Part shown: piece after piece, positions 30,134 to 39,839 of the stretch | How the letters are laid out: each line of letters begins with the position of its first letter | How positions within the stretch are numbered: the first letter of the stretch is position 1 | Source: Chlamydiota bacterium | Lineage (GTDB): Bacteria > Auribacterota > JACPWU01 | Length of the DNA: 64,000 bases | Reading direction: 5' to 3' | NCBI GenBank assembly: GCA_016178055.1 | Contig: JACOUC010000035.1 | Span: forward strand, 77,325 to 141,324 | Notes under the pieces: generated by a model | Database searches by the model: none | Told to the model about the DNA's origin: nothing | What the model saw: the letters and a program-made list of their open reading frames with translations, nothing else | Program-made: the position numbers and the translations under genes

Positions 30134-30950
30134 CTACATGGCTCACCCGTTTCCAACCCGTTTTTTGAGAAAAAAGACGAACACCCGTTTTTTGGAAATG
30201 TTCATAAATAGCCGTTGCATTGTTTGGATTACCCACTTCAATGAGACCATCTGTATTTGCCCAATGATCCCGATGGGTCCCCAACAGAACTTCTTTCTCG
30301 TGTCCTTCAATGTCTAATTTAACTAAATCAGCCCAGGAAAGAAGGGCATTCATGGCTTCAACCTTCACAGGAAATCTTTCAAGCTCGCCATAAGGATGAG
30401 CTTTCGCACCCGCCAGATGACTCCCGGTTGTATTTCCTAACACCCTCACAAATTCCATCTCTCCCGCTTGAGTCGAAACAGCTGTATTAAAGGCGTGAAT
30501 ATTCGAACAATGATTAAAGTCTAAATTTCTTTTAAAAATTTCAAAATGCTTGGGATCCGGTTCATAGGCATGCACTTCAAATCCACATTTGCTTAAGATG
30601 ATGGAATGAAGTCCAATATTGGCCCCAATATCAAGAACCCGTCGATAAGAACGACGATGCATCCAATAAAAACTAAAAATAATCAACTCATCCAGATCAA
30701 ACAAATTGAGAGAATCAACCGCGCCCATGTTATGGTAAGGAAAGGTTAAACTTCCAAAAGGTTTAAAATCTACAGGAACTCCATCATTATTTAGAAAAAG
30801 ATTTTCTATTTCACGACGCGCAATCTTCTTGAAAAAAGAATACAACGATGAGCCGGGTGCATGAAGAGCGCTCAAAGAAGGCAATGTTAACAAGAGTTCT
30901 TCAAGAACGAAAGTCGAAGAGACATTGACCGCCTGTAGACTAGGAGCCAT
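30054..30950 (-). CDS. FkbM family methyltransferase.
   Basis: VLDIGANIGLHSI...YEPDP. Confidence 0.8.
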   Translation of the reverse strand: MAPSLQAVNVSSTFVLEELLLTLPSLSALHAPGSSLYSFFKKIARREIENLFLNNDGVPVDFKPFGSLTFPYHNMGAVDSLNLFDLDELIIFSFYWMHRRSYRRVLDIGANIGLHSIILSKCGFEVHAYEPDPKHFEIFKRNLDFNHCSNIHAFNTAVSTQAGEMEFVRVLGNTTGSHLAGAKAHPYGELERFPVKVEAMNALLSWADLVKLDIEGHEKEVLLGTHRDHWANTDGLIEVGNPNNATAIYEHFQKTGVRLFSQKTGWKRVSHVDDMPTSYREGTLFITSKLEMPWHEAL

Positions 30951-31890
30951 TTTTCAAAACCCAATCATTGCCAAACCTTCTTAATTTATACATATGCGGC
31001 TCTTCTGTTAGTTTCTTGGCCAAAATCTCATTCCCCCACGGATCATAAACCACACTAAAATTGCGGCCGCTGACTACTTCCCGAGGAGAATCCACCAACC
31101 AATCACAACAAGCGACGATCCTTTCGAAAGAAGTACACTCATCGCTCGCCAATTTATCAAGAGTCTTCTGGTAACTAGGACCTGCTCGTACACCCGCTTT
31201 CAAAGTTGATTCATGGATCTTGGTTTTAACCCAACCAGGTCCCACAATGACAAAACGGCAATCTGGAATCTCAGCATCCAAAAGTTCACACATCTTGATC
31301 AAAGCAATTTTAGAAACCGTGTACGCCGAATAATTGACAGTCGCATTGTTGGTCCCACCCCCTGCAAAAAAAAGAACGCAAGAACCTAATTTCGAATCGA
31401 CTCGACGGGTTGGAAGAAGTTCGCGAACGATTCTCATCGGACCTGTAAAATTGATCTTCAAAGATTCTTCCCATTCATCAAAATTGCACTCCTGAAAAGC
31501 ACTTACAGGATCTTGAGTCCCGGGACATAGGACCAACGCATCCCATTGGGGACAAAGGGCTCGAAGATTCACACAAGCATCCAATATCGATCTCTGATTT
31601 GAGAGATCGCAACGACCCATTTTCATGCCCCAACTGCTTAACTCCTCAACAGCCTGAGATTCTGTCCGATAGGTTCCAAACAAATTCCAGCCCCTCTCTA
31701 TCCATGATCTGCCGATAGCACTTCCAATATCACTGGACGCAGATATGATAATAGCTGAACTTCCAACACTCTCTCCTCTCACAAACATATTAAACTCCCT
31801 ATCAACCAAAGAGTTAAAAGGCTGATCGGTGTTTCCCCCCATTGACATGAAAACACGAGCCAGTAATCCATGCAGATTTATCAGAAGCAA
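30940..31890 (-). CDS. Atypical SDR-like NAD(P)-dependent oxidoreductase.
   Basis: AIIISASSDIGSAIG glycine-rich motif. The start is probably internal. Confidence 0.55.
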   Translation of the reverse strand: MLLINLHGLLARVFMSMGGNTDQPFNSLVDREFNMFVRGESVGSSAIIISASSDIGSAIGRSWIERGWNLFGTYRTESQAVEELSSWGMKMGRCDLSNQRSILDACVNLRALCPQWDALVLCPGTQDPVSAFQECNFDEWEESLKINFTGPMRIVRELLPTRRVDSKLGSCVLFFAGGGTNNATVNYSAYTVSKIALIKMCELLDAEIPDCRFVIVGPGWVKTKIHESTLKAGVRAGPSYQKTLDKLASDECTSFERIVACCDWLVDSPREVVSGRNFSVVYDPWGNEILAKKLTEEPHMYKLRRFGNDWVLKNGS

Positions 31891-32626
31891 GGAATGTAAC
31901 TAAACCCGCTACGTCGTCCCCTTGACCTATTCTACCCAAGGGAATTCTGGCCGCACCCTGAGCATCTATCTTGATTCTAGCATTGATGAGAGAAATTTCT
32001 TCCTCGTAAGCAACCTGTTTGGCTAATTGATCTCTTCCATCAGAATGCACCTGCCCCACACAAATAACATTGACCAAAACACCGTCACTTCCTAACAAAT
32101 TAGCCAAGTGCTTACTCAAATTAATCACCGCTGCCTTGCTTGCACAATAATGAGGGATTAAAAGACCAGGTTCTACCCCTGAAATGGACGCTATATTAAT
32201 AATACGTCCCACTTTTGATTTTTTGAGCCACGGCAAGGCCTGCTGTACAAAGTGAACCACTGTCATCACATTCAGATCAAATGCGGATATCCAATCATCA
32301 CGGTTTAAGTCATAAAATTTTGTTATTTTATTTACCCCACCAACGTTATTAACAAGAATATCTAGCCTGCCGAATCTCTGAATCGCATCCCCAACAACTC
32401 GCTGCACAGATTGAGGATCCGTAGCATCAGCAGCCACAGCAAAAGCTTTTCCTGGAAGTCTTTCAAATTCTTGCACAGTCGCCTCGAGCACGACAGGATC
32501 ACGAGCTGTCAAAACAACATCTGCACCTTCCTGAGCAAGGGACTGAGCAATAGCTTTACCAATGCCTTTGCTGCTTCCCGTGATAAGAGCCACTCGACCC
32601 GTCAAAGTTAAGTGAGTGTTTTCCAT
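31814..32626 (-). CDS. SDR family oxidoreductase.
   Basis: VALITGSSKGIGKAIA, NNVGG and YCASKAAV. Confidence 0.85.
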   Translation of the reverse strand: MENTHLTLTGRVALITGSSKGIGKAIAQSLAQEGADVVLTARDPVVLEATVQEFERLPGKAFAVAADATDPQSVQRVVGDAIQRFGRLDILVNNVGGVNKITKFYDLNRDDWISAFDLNVMTVVHFVQQALPWLKKSKVGRIINIASISGVEPGLLIPHYCASKAAVINLSKHLANLLGSDGVLVNVICVGQVHSDGRDQLAKQVAYEEEISLINARIKIDAQGAARIPLGRIGQGDDVAGLVTFLASDKSAWITGSCFHVNGGKHRSAF

Positions 32627-32684
32627 CCACCTTCCTTAAGTGTTGAACTGTCACAAATTGAAGCCCACGAAAGCTGAAAGGGCA

Positions 32685-34748
32685 TCAACCCAAGGGGAAA
32701 GACCCAAGGCTTGCCACAATATCTTCCGCAGCTGGAACAACTTCTCGAAACAATCGTTTGATAGGTGATACTCGCATCAAAATTCGACTCATTCCATCTA
32801 ACGATGTGCCGTACTGTTTAACATATCCTTCTATCAAAGTCTTTTGCTTATCCGTGTGCGCAAAGAGAAAGTTGCAAGGTTTATCCAGTAAATAAAGAGA
32901 GGGATCCACATTGTAGTTTTGTTCCCCAATGGCTGAAAAATCAAAATGAAGAAGACGATTAAACCGTCTTTCTGCATTAGTCAAATCTACTTTTCTAAGC
33001 AAGCCATATTCTTTCAATTCTTCCAAATACAGTTCTTTAATCTCATCCAGACGCTCAGACTCTTTGAGCATCGTTTTCATGATCGCAAACAATGCGTTAT
33101 GCAAATCAACCTGCAAATTTAAAAATGCTACGGCCTTACCATTGGACATTTCATTGGTACTACTTTCACTGCTGAAAAAGGCATCCATGTTTTCACGCAC
33201 ATAAGCTGCTAGATCTTCTCGCCTATCCCAGAGGCGGCTGATTGTCTCGGCACGAAACGAATCATACAAATGAATCAACCCCTCAGTGAAAGACCGCCGC
33301 GTGTTGTGAAAACGCATGATGAAATCAAACCAGGGAAAGCCTGCCCATTTACATAACCCCCATAACTCGGCAAAAGTCCTCCCATTGTGCACAATTTCTA
33401 CCGTGAGATCTAATTCTCGACATTCAATATACTCTTCAAAACTCAAACTATGAGTCTGAATACAAATTTCTTCAGATTCAACAGAGCTGAAAATTTCATC
33501 TTGAAAATCATATTTACCAAAAGACCGCGGCATGATGCGATATTTCGTCTTCATCGCATATTGGTTTCGAGTTTTGGGAGTGTTAAGTTCAGTTTGAGGA
33601 AGCATAATAAGCTGATACATTCTCAAAACTCCTAGATTGGCTTCTACCACATCGCGTAGAGAGTGCATGTGTTTTTCCATCGTATCCCCTGGCAAACCTA
33701 AAATAATTTCAGAATAAGTGTCCGCACTCGTTTTATTAGCCTGCTGAGCCATGGTACTTAGGGCATCCAGAGAAATATTAGATCGCTGAATATTGCTGAG
33801 CACCGTTTGATCCGTAGATTGTAACGATGCAGCAATATTCAGCGCACCATTGAGCATAGATGCAACTTCGATCACGTGTTCCTTCCGGTTCTTTCCAGTT
33901 GAGACAACCACTCGCTGTGGCCAACCATATTTATCCTGGATAGAGGCAATGATGCCTGCCTTTGCTTTGTCCTCTTTATACATTCCAAAATTAGCATCTG
34001 TAAGGTATAAATCAGGGACACTCCCAACACGCTGCGCAATGTACTCTAGCTCATCCTTTAAATCAATTCTTTGTGCAACTTTAGAATAATAGGATGACCC
34101 TTCAGAACAAAACGTACAAGTAAAGGGGCAACCCCGTGTTGTGTGAACCATGGGTGATAAAACTTGATCGAAAAACTTATCCATCAACCCCATCAAGTAT
34201 GGAGAGGACAATTCCCCCAAATCTTTGATTCTGGGAAGCATTTCTCCAATCATCATCTTGCCATTAGACCAATAATGACAGTTGGGAAGTAGCCTCTGAT
34301 CCCGTTTTAAGGCGAGTACATCATAATTTACCTCGTGCAATGCTTTAACCAGCTCAATCATTGCCAATTCACCTTCCTTGACAACATAAAAGTCAAGAAG
34401 CGGAAACCGATTCCAAAATGCCAGCATTTCTTCTTCTGTCAGACCATAATTAGGACCTCCAAACACAATCACGGTATCTGGAAAACTTTTCTTTATGCGG
34501 CTTGCATATTGATAAGACAAGTCACAGTTCCACGAGTAGTTTGTAAAACCAGCGATTCGAGGCATACGCCGCCGAAGAGAACGAGACAAATCTTGAGGAT
34601 ATTTAAAAACTTCCACCTCGACAATCTCAGGCAGGCTTCTTAGCAATTGCGCCCCAATCAAACCACCCGCCAAGGGATGTACATTGGATGAAATAACCGA
34701 TCCAGTATGCGTAAGATCTGATAAATAGATTAGAGTCTTTGCAATCAT
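32685..34748 (-). CDS. B12-binding radical SAM enzyme (class B), second copy.
   Basis: TTRGCPFTCTFC CxxxCxxC motif after an N-terminal B12-binding-like domain. 687 aa. Confidence 0.8.
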   Translation of the reverse strand: MIAKTLIYLSDLTHTGSVISSNVHPLAGGLIGAQLLRSLPEIVEVEVFKYPQDLSRSLRRRMPRIAGFTNYSWNCDLSYQYASRIKKSFPDTVIVFGGPNYGLTEEEMLAFWNRFPLLDFYVVKEGELAMIELVKALHEVNYDVLALKRDQRLLPNCHYWSNGKMMIGEMLPRIKDLGELSSPYLMGLMDKFFDQVLSPMVHTTRGCPFTCTFCSEGSSYYSKVAQRIDLKDELEYIAQRVGSVPDLYLTDANFGMYKEDKAKAGIIASIQDKYGWPQRVVVSTGKNRKEHVIEVASMLNGALNIAASLQSTDQTVLSNIQRSNISLDALSTMAQQANKTSADTYSEIILGLPGDTMEKHMHSLRDVVEANLGVLRMYQLIMLPQTELNTPKTRNQYAMKTKYRIMPRSFGKYDFQDEIFSSVESEEICIQTHSLSFEEYIECRELDLTVEIVHNGRTFAELWGLCKWAGFPWFDFIMRFHNTRRSFTEGLIHLYDSFRAETISRLWDRREDLAAYVRENMDAFFSSESSTNEMSNGKAVAFLNLQVDLHNALFAIMKTMLKESERLDEIKELYLEELKEYGLLRKVDLTNAERRFNRLLHFDFSAIGEQNYNVDPSLYLLDKPCNFLFAHTDKQKTLIEGYVKQYGTSLDGMSRILMRVSPIKRLFREVVPAAEDIVASLGSFPLG

Positions 34749-34760
34749 AAGAATTTCTCC

Positions 34761-35603
34761 TTAAATTGGGACCGAGCTCTCATCATGTCTCTTCTGAAAA
34801 TGAAGCATCAAACTAAATTGTTCCTGCACAGACATTCCACCATCCATCACAATACATTGACCAGAAATATAGGATGCGTTGGGTGAACAAAGAAACAGCG
34901 CCGCATGAGCAACATCATCAGAACGCCCTGGCTGTCCCATCGGATGGCAAAATTCAACCAGTTCTCGATAACCTTGATTGTCATCTTGCCTATAACGATC
35001 AAGATCTTCATCCCGAATAATAACGCCAGGCAATAATGCATTAACTCGAACACCTTCTGCACCTCCTCGAACAGCAAAATAGCGAGTCATCTGAGTCAAT
35101 CCCACTTTCGCAATTTGATAGACAGGAGAAACTTCACGTGCAGAAAGCAGTCCTGTGATTGAACTGATGTTAACAATGCTTCCCCCGCCATTTTTTGCCA
35201 TTGTAGAAATAGCTGCCTGAGACGCAAAGAACGCAGCCCGAAGATTAACAGCCATTTCGAGATCCCAACTTTCTTCATCATCCGATTTGTCCCGAGAACG
35301 GACAGCCCTTGCATTATTCACCAAAACATCAATCTTTCCATAACTCCTGACAATCTGACGAATCATCTCTTGTGGTGTCCCCTTCTCACTTAAATCAACT
35401 TTCAAAAACGTAGAAGAGAGCTTTCGATCACGTAAATCTGTTACGGTTGTATGTCCCTCTTTATCATTGAGATCGCAGACAATAACCATCGCGCCTTTTT
35501 GAGCAAATGCATTAACAATGTTTTTACCAATACCTCGTGCGCCTCCTGTAACAGCAACTATTTTCCCTTCAAAAAGAGATAGAGAATCAGGCGTGATGGA
35601 CAT
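34761..35603 (-). CDS. SDR family oxidoreductase.
   Basis: VAVTGGARGIGKNI, NNAR and YQIAKVGL. Confidence 0.85.
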   Translation of the reverse strand: MSITPDSLSLFEGKIVAVTGGARGIGKNIVNAFAQKGAMVIVCDLNDKEGHTTVTDLRDRKLSSTFLKVDLSEKGTPQEMIRQIVRSYGKIDVLVNNARAVRSRDKSDDEESWDLEMAVNLRAAFFASQAAISTMAKNGGGSIVNISSITGLLSAREVSPVYQIAKVGLTQMTRYFAVRGGAEGVRVNALLPGVIIRDEDLDRYRQDDNQGYRELVEFCHPMGQPGRSDDVAHAALFLCSPNASYISGQCIVMDGGMSVQEQFSLMLHFQKRHDESSVPI

Positions 35604-35811
35604 ATTCCAAGGGCTCCTTTACAATTTGATCCCAATATTTTTCTATCCAGGCAACAACACCTCCAACACCTTCATTCAAAGAGATTTTATTTGACCATCC
35701 TAATGTCTTTCTCGCCTTCGTCGAATCAATCACATAAGCTTGATCTTGTCCCAAGCGCTCCGGTGCAACAACCGTAACATCCTCAAAAGATTTTCCTAAA
35801 ACAAATGTCAC
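35587..35811 (-). pseudogene. Orphan C-terminal fragment of an NDP-sugar 4,6-dehydratase/epimerase.
   Basis: ...VAPERLGQDQAYVIDSTKARKTLGWSNKISLNEGV... is a dehydratase C-terminus. A second copy of the same 3' end is found at 38272..38424. Confidence 0.55.
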
Positions 35812-36620
35812 GCAACCATTCGTGGGGGCTTATTTCCAGGAACAAGAAGCCTATTATTTTTTTTTAAAACCTTCAATTCATCAATGATAGGCGCCCAATA
35901 GATACGATCCCTTCTTCGTGATTCTTCTATTTCCAATGCCATTTCTTGAGAAGCCTCTTTAAGATGTACCGCTTTTCTATGATCCTGTAGCAATGCTTGT
36001 AAACACAGAGATAAGCATTTTCTAGAAAGATGTGCACCTATTGTTTTAGCTGTTTCATCCGACTGAAGGTAATCAAGTATATCCTCAACCTCAAAACTAT
36101 TTTTTAATATCCATTTCCAGTCATTCATTTTCAATTTTCTTTCAGAAAGATTCCTGGATTCGATTCGAACAAGATTTGAAATGATCGGGTAGTCTTCCAA
36201 ACGTCTCGTTTTTTTTATTTCCACCAAATCTCTTATTGCAACTACAGGAATTTTGCCCCAATCTGTCATTGGGTATTTTACACGCTTGAAAGAATCATCA
36301 TAATCCCCAACCCGAGGGGCTACTCCCATAACATCCAAAAACCAAAAAGGAATATTTTTGTCTTCATCTGGAATCTGAAAATGAAAACCATGCCCTTGAG
36401 AGATCCATTTCATTGAAATGGGCGGCGTTAATTTGTATATCACTGCACCCACACTTCCAAGCACCTTTAGAAATCTGTTCCAGTTCTCTTTCACTGGTTG
36501 AACCCACAGATCAATATCTTCTGAAAAGGTGGCGGCTCCATAAATCACAGAAGCCTGCCCGCTAATCAACATATAAGAAACGCCTGAAATATTAAGGTCT
36601 TGGAAAAATCTTTTTATCAT
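35808..36620 (-). CDS. Nucleotidyltransferase-like hypothetical protein (paralog family A/B/C, with 47300..48082 and 53349..53939).
   Basis: ISGQASVIYGAATFSEDIDLWV resembles a minimal NTase G[GS]...D.D motif. IPVVAIRDLVEIKKTRRLEDYPI is shared with 47300..48082. Confidence 0.5.
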   Translation of the reverse strand: MIKRFFQDLNISGVSYMLISGQASVIYGAATFSEDIDLWVQPVKENWNRFLKVLGSVGAVIYKLTPPISMKWISQGHGFHFQIPDEDKNIPFWFLDVMGVAPRVGDYDDSFKRVKYPMTDWGKIPVVAIRDLVEIKKTRRLEDYPIISNLVRIESRNLSERKLKMNDWKWILKNSFEVEDILDYLQSDETAKTIGAHLSRKCLSLCLQALLQDHRKAVHLKEASQEMALEIEESRRRDRIYWAPIIDELKVLKKNNRLLVPGNKPPRMVA

Positions 36621-36894
36621 GGATTTCCTCTATGTTTTTGAGTCTTAGGCGAAGCGCACAAGAACGGCGAAGCCTTCCTCGAGCCGTCATTTTCTGCCAA
36701 GCAGTTCTCTGAAATGTCCCAATAAGCGATTCATTAAGGTATATCATTTTTCTCATGTTTTGAATTACTCGTCCCTGCTTTAATTTACGAGACAGTGTTT
36801 CGTGAATTGAAGCAATTCTGGATAACACCCAAAGGTTTAAGACGACTCTTATCCACCGCCACTCCTTTTCGGCTTCTTATCCCGTCAAGACCGA

Positions 36895-37077
36895 TCAAAG
36901 TGCTTCATGAATGATGGGGTCCATTGACTTACTAAGTTTCGCCAGCATCCAAAGGTCTTTAGAAGTGGCGACCGAATTAACGCGAATGTTTCCAAATTCC
37001 AATGTTTCGGACAGCAGTTGGGTTCTTAAGAAGAAAATATATTTGGCACGGTCATAGGGCTGTTTAAAATCCATCAA
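36895..37077 (-). CDS. Small hypothetical ORF with an ATGA overlap to the YhcG stop.
   Basis: 60-aa ORF only. Weak. Confidence 0.25.
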   Translation of the reverse strand: MMDFKQPYDRAKYIFFLRTQLLSETLEFGNIRVNSVATSKDLWMLAKLSKSMDPIIHEAL

Positions 37078-38108
37078 TTTTTCATCTCCTCTAGAAGCTG
37101 GCTTTTCAGTTCTTTTTCAGGAGGTAAAATTTTCTTAAGATCTGATGGAATTTTATTTGTTAAATGATATTGAGACACACCCATAGGGTTCTTAACACTT
37201 CGAAGGGCATATTCTACAACGATATTTTTCTTCTCGGCGCAAAGGATAATACCAATGGAAGGATTTTCATCTTTGAAACGCACTTTATCATTCAATAAAT
37301 GAAGATAAAAATCCATTTTCCCTGCATATTCAGGCTGAAATTTTCCTGTTTTCAGCTCAATGGCAACAAGGCATTTGAGCTTTCGGTTAAAGAAAAGCAA
37401 ATCTATGAAATATTCTTCCCCGTCTATCTCAAGCCGGTATTGATTACCGATAAATGAAAACCCGGCACCAAGCTCAAGAATAAAATGTTTCATTTTTTCA
37501 ATAAGCCGTTTTTCAAGCTCCCGCTCCACAAAAGGTCTGGTTATCCCAAGAAAATCAAGGTTGTAGACGCTTTTAAGTGATTCATCGGCCTGTTCTGCCA
37601 AATATGCTGGTAAAACTTTCTCGTAATTGTGTTGTTTTTTCTTCAAGTGGAGTCGATAGGCATCAGCTTTGATTTGATTCAAAAGAACATTTCTTGACCA
37701 TCCTAATTTGGATGATTCGTTAATATAATATTCCCGTTCTTTGAGATCCTTAATTTTCTGCATAATAAGAATATTATGACCCCATGGAATTTCTGGCACA
37801 AGCTGTGCCAGTTTTACATCATCCTTGTATTCAAGATAAAACATTCGCATCCGCCATAGATTATCCGGTGAAAAGCCTTCCAAACTTGGATACTCACGGT
37901 TAAGGTCATGGGATAATTGTTCAACAACCCTTTGCCCCCATTTATATTTTTCCTGGCGCTCAACAATGCTCTTGCCAATATCCCAGTATAGTTTAATAAG
38001 ATCTTTATTAATCGAGCGTGCGGAACCAATGCGGGCAGAAACAATGCGTGATTTGATTTCATGCAGGAATTGACCATAGGCTTTTGAAGTGATCTCGCCA
38101 GATTTCAT
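37074..38108 (-). CDS. YhcG/DUF1016 family protein, second copy.
   Basis: FIDLLFFNRKLKCLVAIELKTGKFQPEYAGKMDFY. About 45% identical to 26924..27979. Confidence 0.8.
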   Translation of the reverse strand: MKSGEITSKAYGQFLHEIKSRIVSARIGSARSINKDLIKLYWDIGKSIVERQEKYKWGQRVVEQLSHDLNREYPSLEGFSPDNLWRMRMFYLEYKDDVKLAQLVPEIPWGHNILIMQKIKDLKEREYYINESSKLGWSRNVLLNQIKADAYRLHLKKKQHNYEKVLPAYLAEQADESLKSVYNLDFLGITRPFVERELEKRLIEKMKHFILELGAGFSFIGNQYRLEIDGEEYFIDLLFFNRKLKCLVAIELKTGKFQPEYAGKMDFYLHLLNDKVRFKDENPSIGIILCAEKKNIVVEYALRSVKNPMGVSQYHLTNKIPSDLKKILPPEKELKSQLLEEMKN

Positions 38109-38271
38109 TCAAATACTCCTTGATTTCCCATAAATGCGAAGGTACATTCGTCCTTCACCCCCAGATGTTTCGTCCAGCTAATTTCTTCAACCAGTGGTTG
38201 GAGATTTGCGTTTTTTTGACATGCATCATCTCCTGCTTCAGACACATCACTCATAATCAGATTTTTGAAAT

Positions 38272-38940
38272 TAGGGCTTGTGAACATAATCCAAAGGCTC
38301 CTTCGTAACTTGATCCCAAAATTGATCAATCCAATTCACAACCCCTTTAAGACCTTCTTCGAGAGAAATTCTTGAAGACCACCCTAAAGTTTTCCTCACT
38401 TTTGTCGAATCAATCACATAAGCTTTATCTTGTCCCAAAGGCAGCGTAGGGAGTCGAGGGATTCATGGGAGAAGTCTCTGTCACATTCCCCTCACAGGTT
38501 CCATAAACCTCGGGAGAAGAAATATGTACATATCGCTTCAAATATTTCTTATCTTTGAGATGATGAATTAATTGCGCCAAGGCCACGGTATTGGTCTGAA
38601 ACCAATGATGAGGATTTTCCCAACTTGGAGCCACTTCGCTTTGCGCTGCAAAATTAACGATGTATTCTGGCTGAAACTGATCCAAAGTTTCTAAAATACG
38701 CGACATGTCTTTATTAAAATCCAATTGATGAAATTTAAAATTCCCATTTACAGAGTGGCGTTTATAGGGCAAAAAAAGCTCCGTCTTTTCTGGAGAACGG
38801 CTCGCCCCCATCACTTCGAAACGCCCTTCCTCTAAAAGCAAATCTATAAAATCACTTCCAGAGAAAGAATTGCTTCCAAGGACTGCAACCTTTTGTCTTC
38901 TGTGTTCTGTCTTCTGTATTCTGTCTTCTGTATTCTGCAT
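38272..38940 (-). pseudogene. NDP-sugar 4,6-dehydratase gene with a large internal deletion and frameshift.
   Basis: The N-terminal 171 codons (VLGSNSFSGSDFIDLL...PYAA) stop at 38425. The C-terminal ~45 codons (LGQDKAYVIDSTKVRKTLGW...) continue in another frame, and about 130 central residues are absent. Confidence 0.6.
38893..38940. repeat. Imperfect 7-bp (CTGTNTT) / 14-bp tandem repeat, ~3 x 14 bp, at the 5' end of the dehydratase pseudogene.
   Basis: ttgtcttctgtgtt ctgtcttctgtatt ctgtcttctgtatt ctgcat read directly from the sequence. Confidence 0.6.
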
Positions 38941-38942
38941 TT

Positions 38943-39839
38943 TTAAAAAGGCCCTCGAAACGCAGGATCTGGAACATCCAAATGAATCGCCGAGAACGGA
39001 ATCTCCTCTTCAAGATGATCTCTTTGAAACATTTCACGTGTTGCTGCAACCATCTCAGTGGCTCGGGGATAAAATCGTTTTGCGAGAGTGGGCGTCGTAG
39101 GAGTGGGGACATCTGGAAGGGCAACGCGTTTTGGAGCACATTTGAGTTCGTTCATGGCTTTTTCAGCAACCAAGGCAATAATCTCTGCAGAAGCTCCAAA
39201 AGATTTCCAGCTCGTATCTGCAACAATTAATCGTCCTGTTTTCCGCACTATATTGTGCAGCCATCGATGCTCAATAAAAATGACAGGATTATTGTCCTCA
39301 ATGCTTGAAATCAAAAGGCCCTTTGCATCATAAGGAGTGACCGGCATGACCACTTTCAAACCTGGCACATGTGCAAACCAAGACTGAAGGCTTTGTGAAT
39401 GCTGAGGCCCTTGCCCCCAACCTCGACCTATAATTAAGCGAACTACCAAGGGAACATGGGCTTCGCCTCCAAACATGTAATGCCATTTAGCGGCCTGATT
39501 CACCATTGGCTCCATGGCAAGCATGGCAAAATCAATTCGCTGATGCGTTAGAATCGGTCTCATCCCCACAAGGGCTGAACCGATCGCAACGCCCGTCATC
39601 CCATTTTCTGAAACGGGCATATCCATCACACGCCCATTTCCAAACTTTTCTTGTAGGCCTGAAGTCGTCCCAAAAATACCTTTCGGATCCGGCACTCCCA
39701 ATCCCATGATATAAACGCTCGGATTGCTCTCCATGCAAAGCGTGGTCGCTTCGCGAATGGCTTCAAAAAATTTAAGTTCTCTAGGCATAGACATTCTCAT
39801 AAAGCGCTGATTCTTCTGGAAAAGGACTTTGTTTAGCAA
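38943..39839 (-). CDS. Pyruvate/2-oxoacid dehydrogenase E1 component, beta subunit (transketolase-like).
   Basis: Pyrimidine-binding domain (PVSENGMTGVAIGSALVGMRPI). The probable start is at MSMPREL. Confidence 0.85.
   Translation of the reverse strand: MLNKVLFQKNQRFMRMSMPRELKFFEAIREATTLCMESNPSVYIMGLGVPDPKGIFGTTSGLQEKFGNGRVMDMPVSENGMTGVAIGSALVGMRPILTHQRIDFAMLAMEPMVNQAAKWHYMFGGEAHVPLVVRLIIGRGWGQGPQHSQSLQSWFAHVPGLKVVMPVTPYDAKGLLISSIEDNNPVIFIEHRWLHNIVRKTGRLIVADTSWKSFGASAEIIALVAEKAMNELKCAPKRVALPDVPTPTTPTLAKRFYPRATEMVAATREMFQRDHLEEEIPFSAIHLDVPDPAFRGPF

Noticed and set aside
3649-31890. Three gene-pair overlaps of exactly 77 nt (3649-3725, 6278-6354 and 31814-31890), considered as a possible shared element.
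   Set aside because: The three overlap sequences are unrelated. The overlaps arise because the ORF track extends each gene to its most upstream in-frame Met, and the true starts are almost certainly internal, so the number is coincidental.
36592-36828. A 78-aa ORF overlapping the start of NTase-like paralog A.
   Set aside because: It is arginine-rich and low-complexity, overlaps the better-supported 270-aa gene, and has no start-site support.
38105-38329. A 74-aa minus-strand ORF between the YhcG gene and the dehydratase fragment.
   Set aside because: It overlaps the duplicated dehydratase 3' end in the wrong frame. The in-frame reading of that region gives the recognisable dehydratase C-terminus instead.
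38893-38940. Short tandem repeats considered as a CRISPR array.
   Set aside because: The units are 7/14 bp with no spacers and no cas genes nearby. It is a simple tandem repeat, and no CRISPR array was found in the window.
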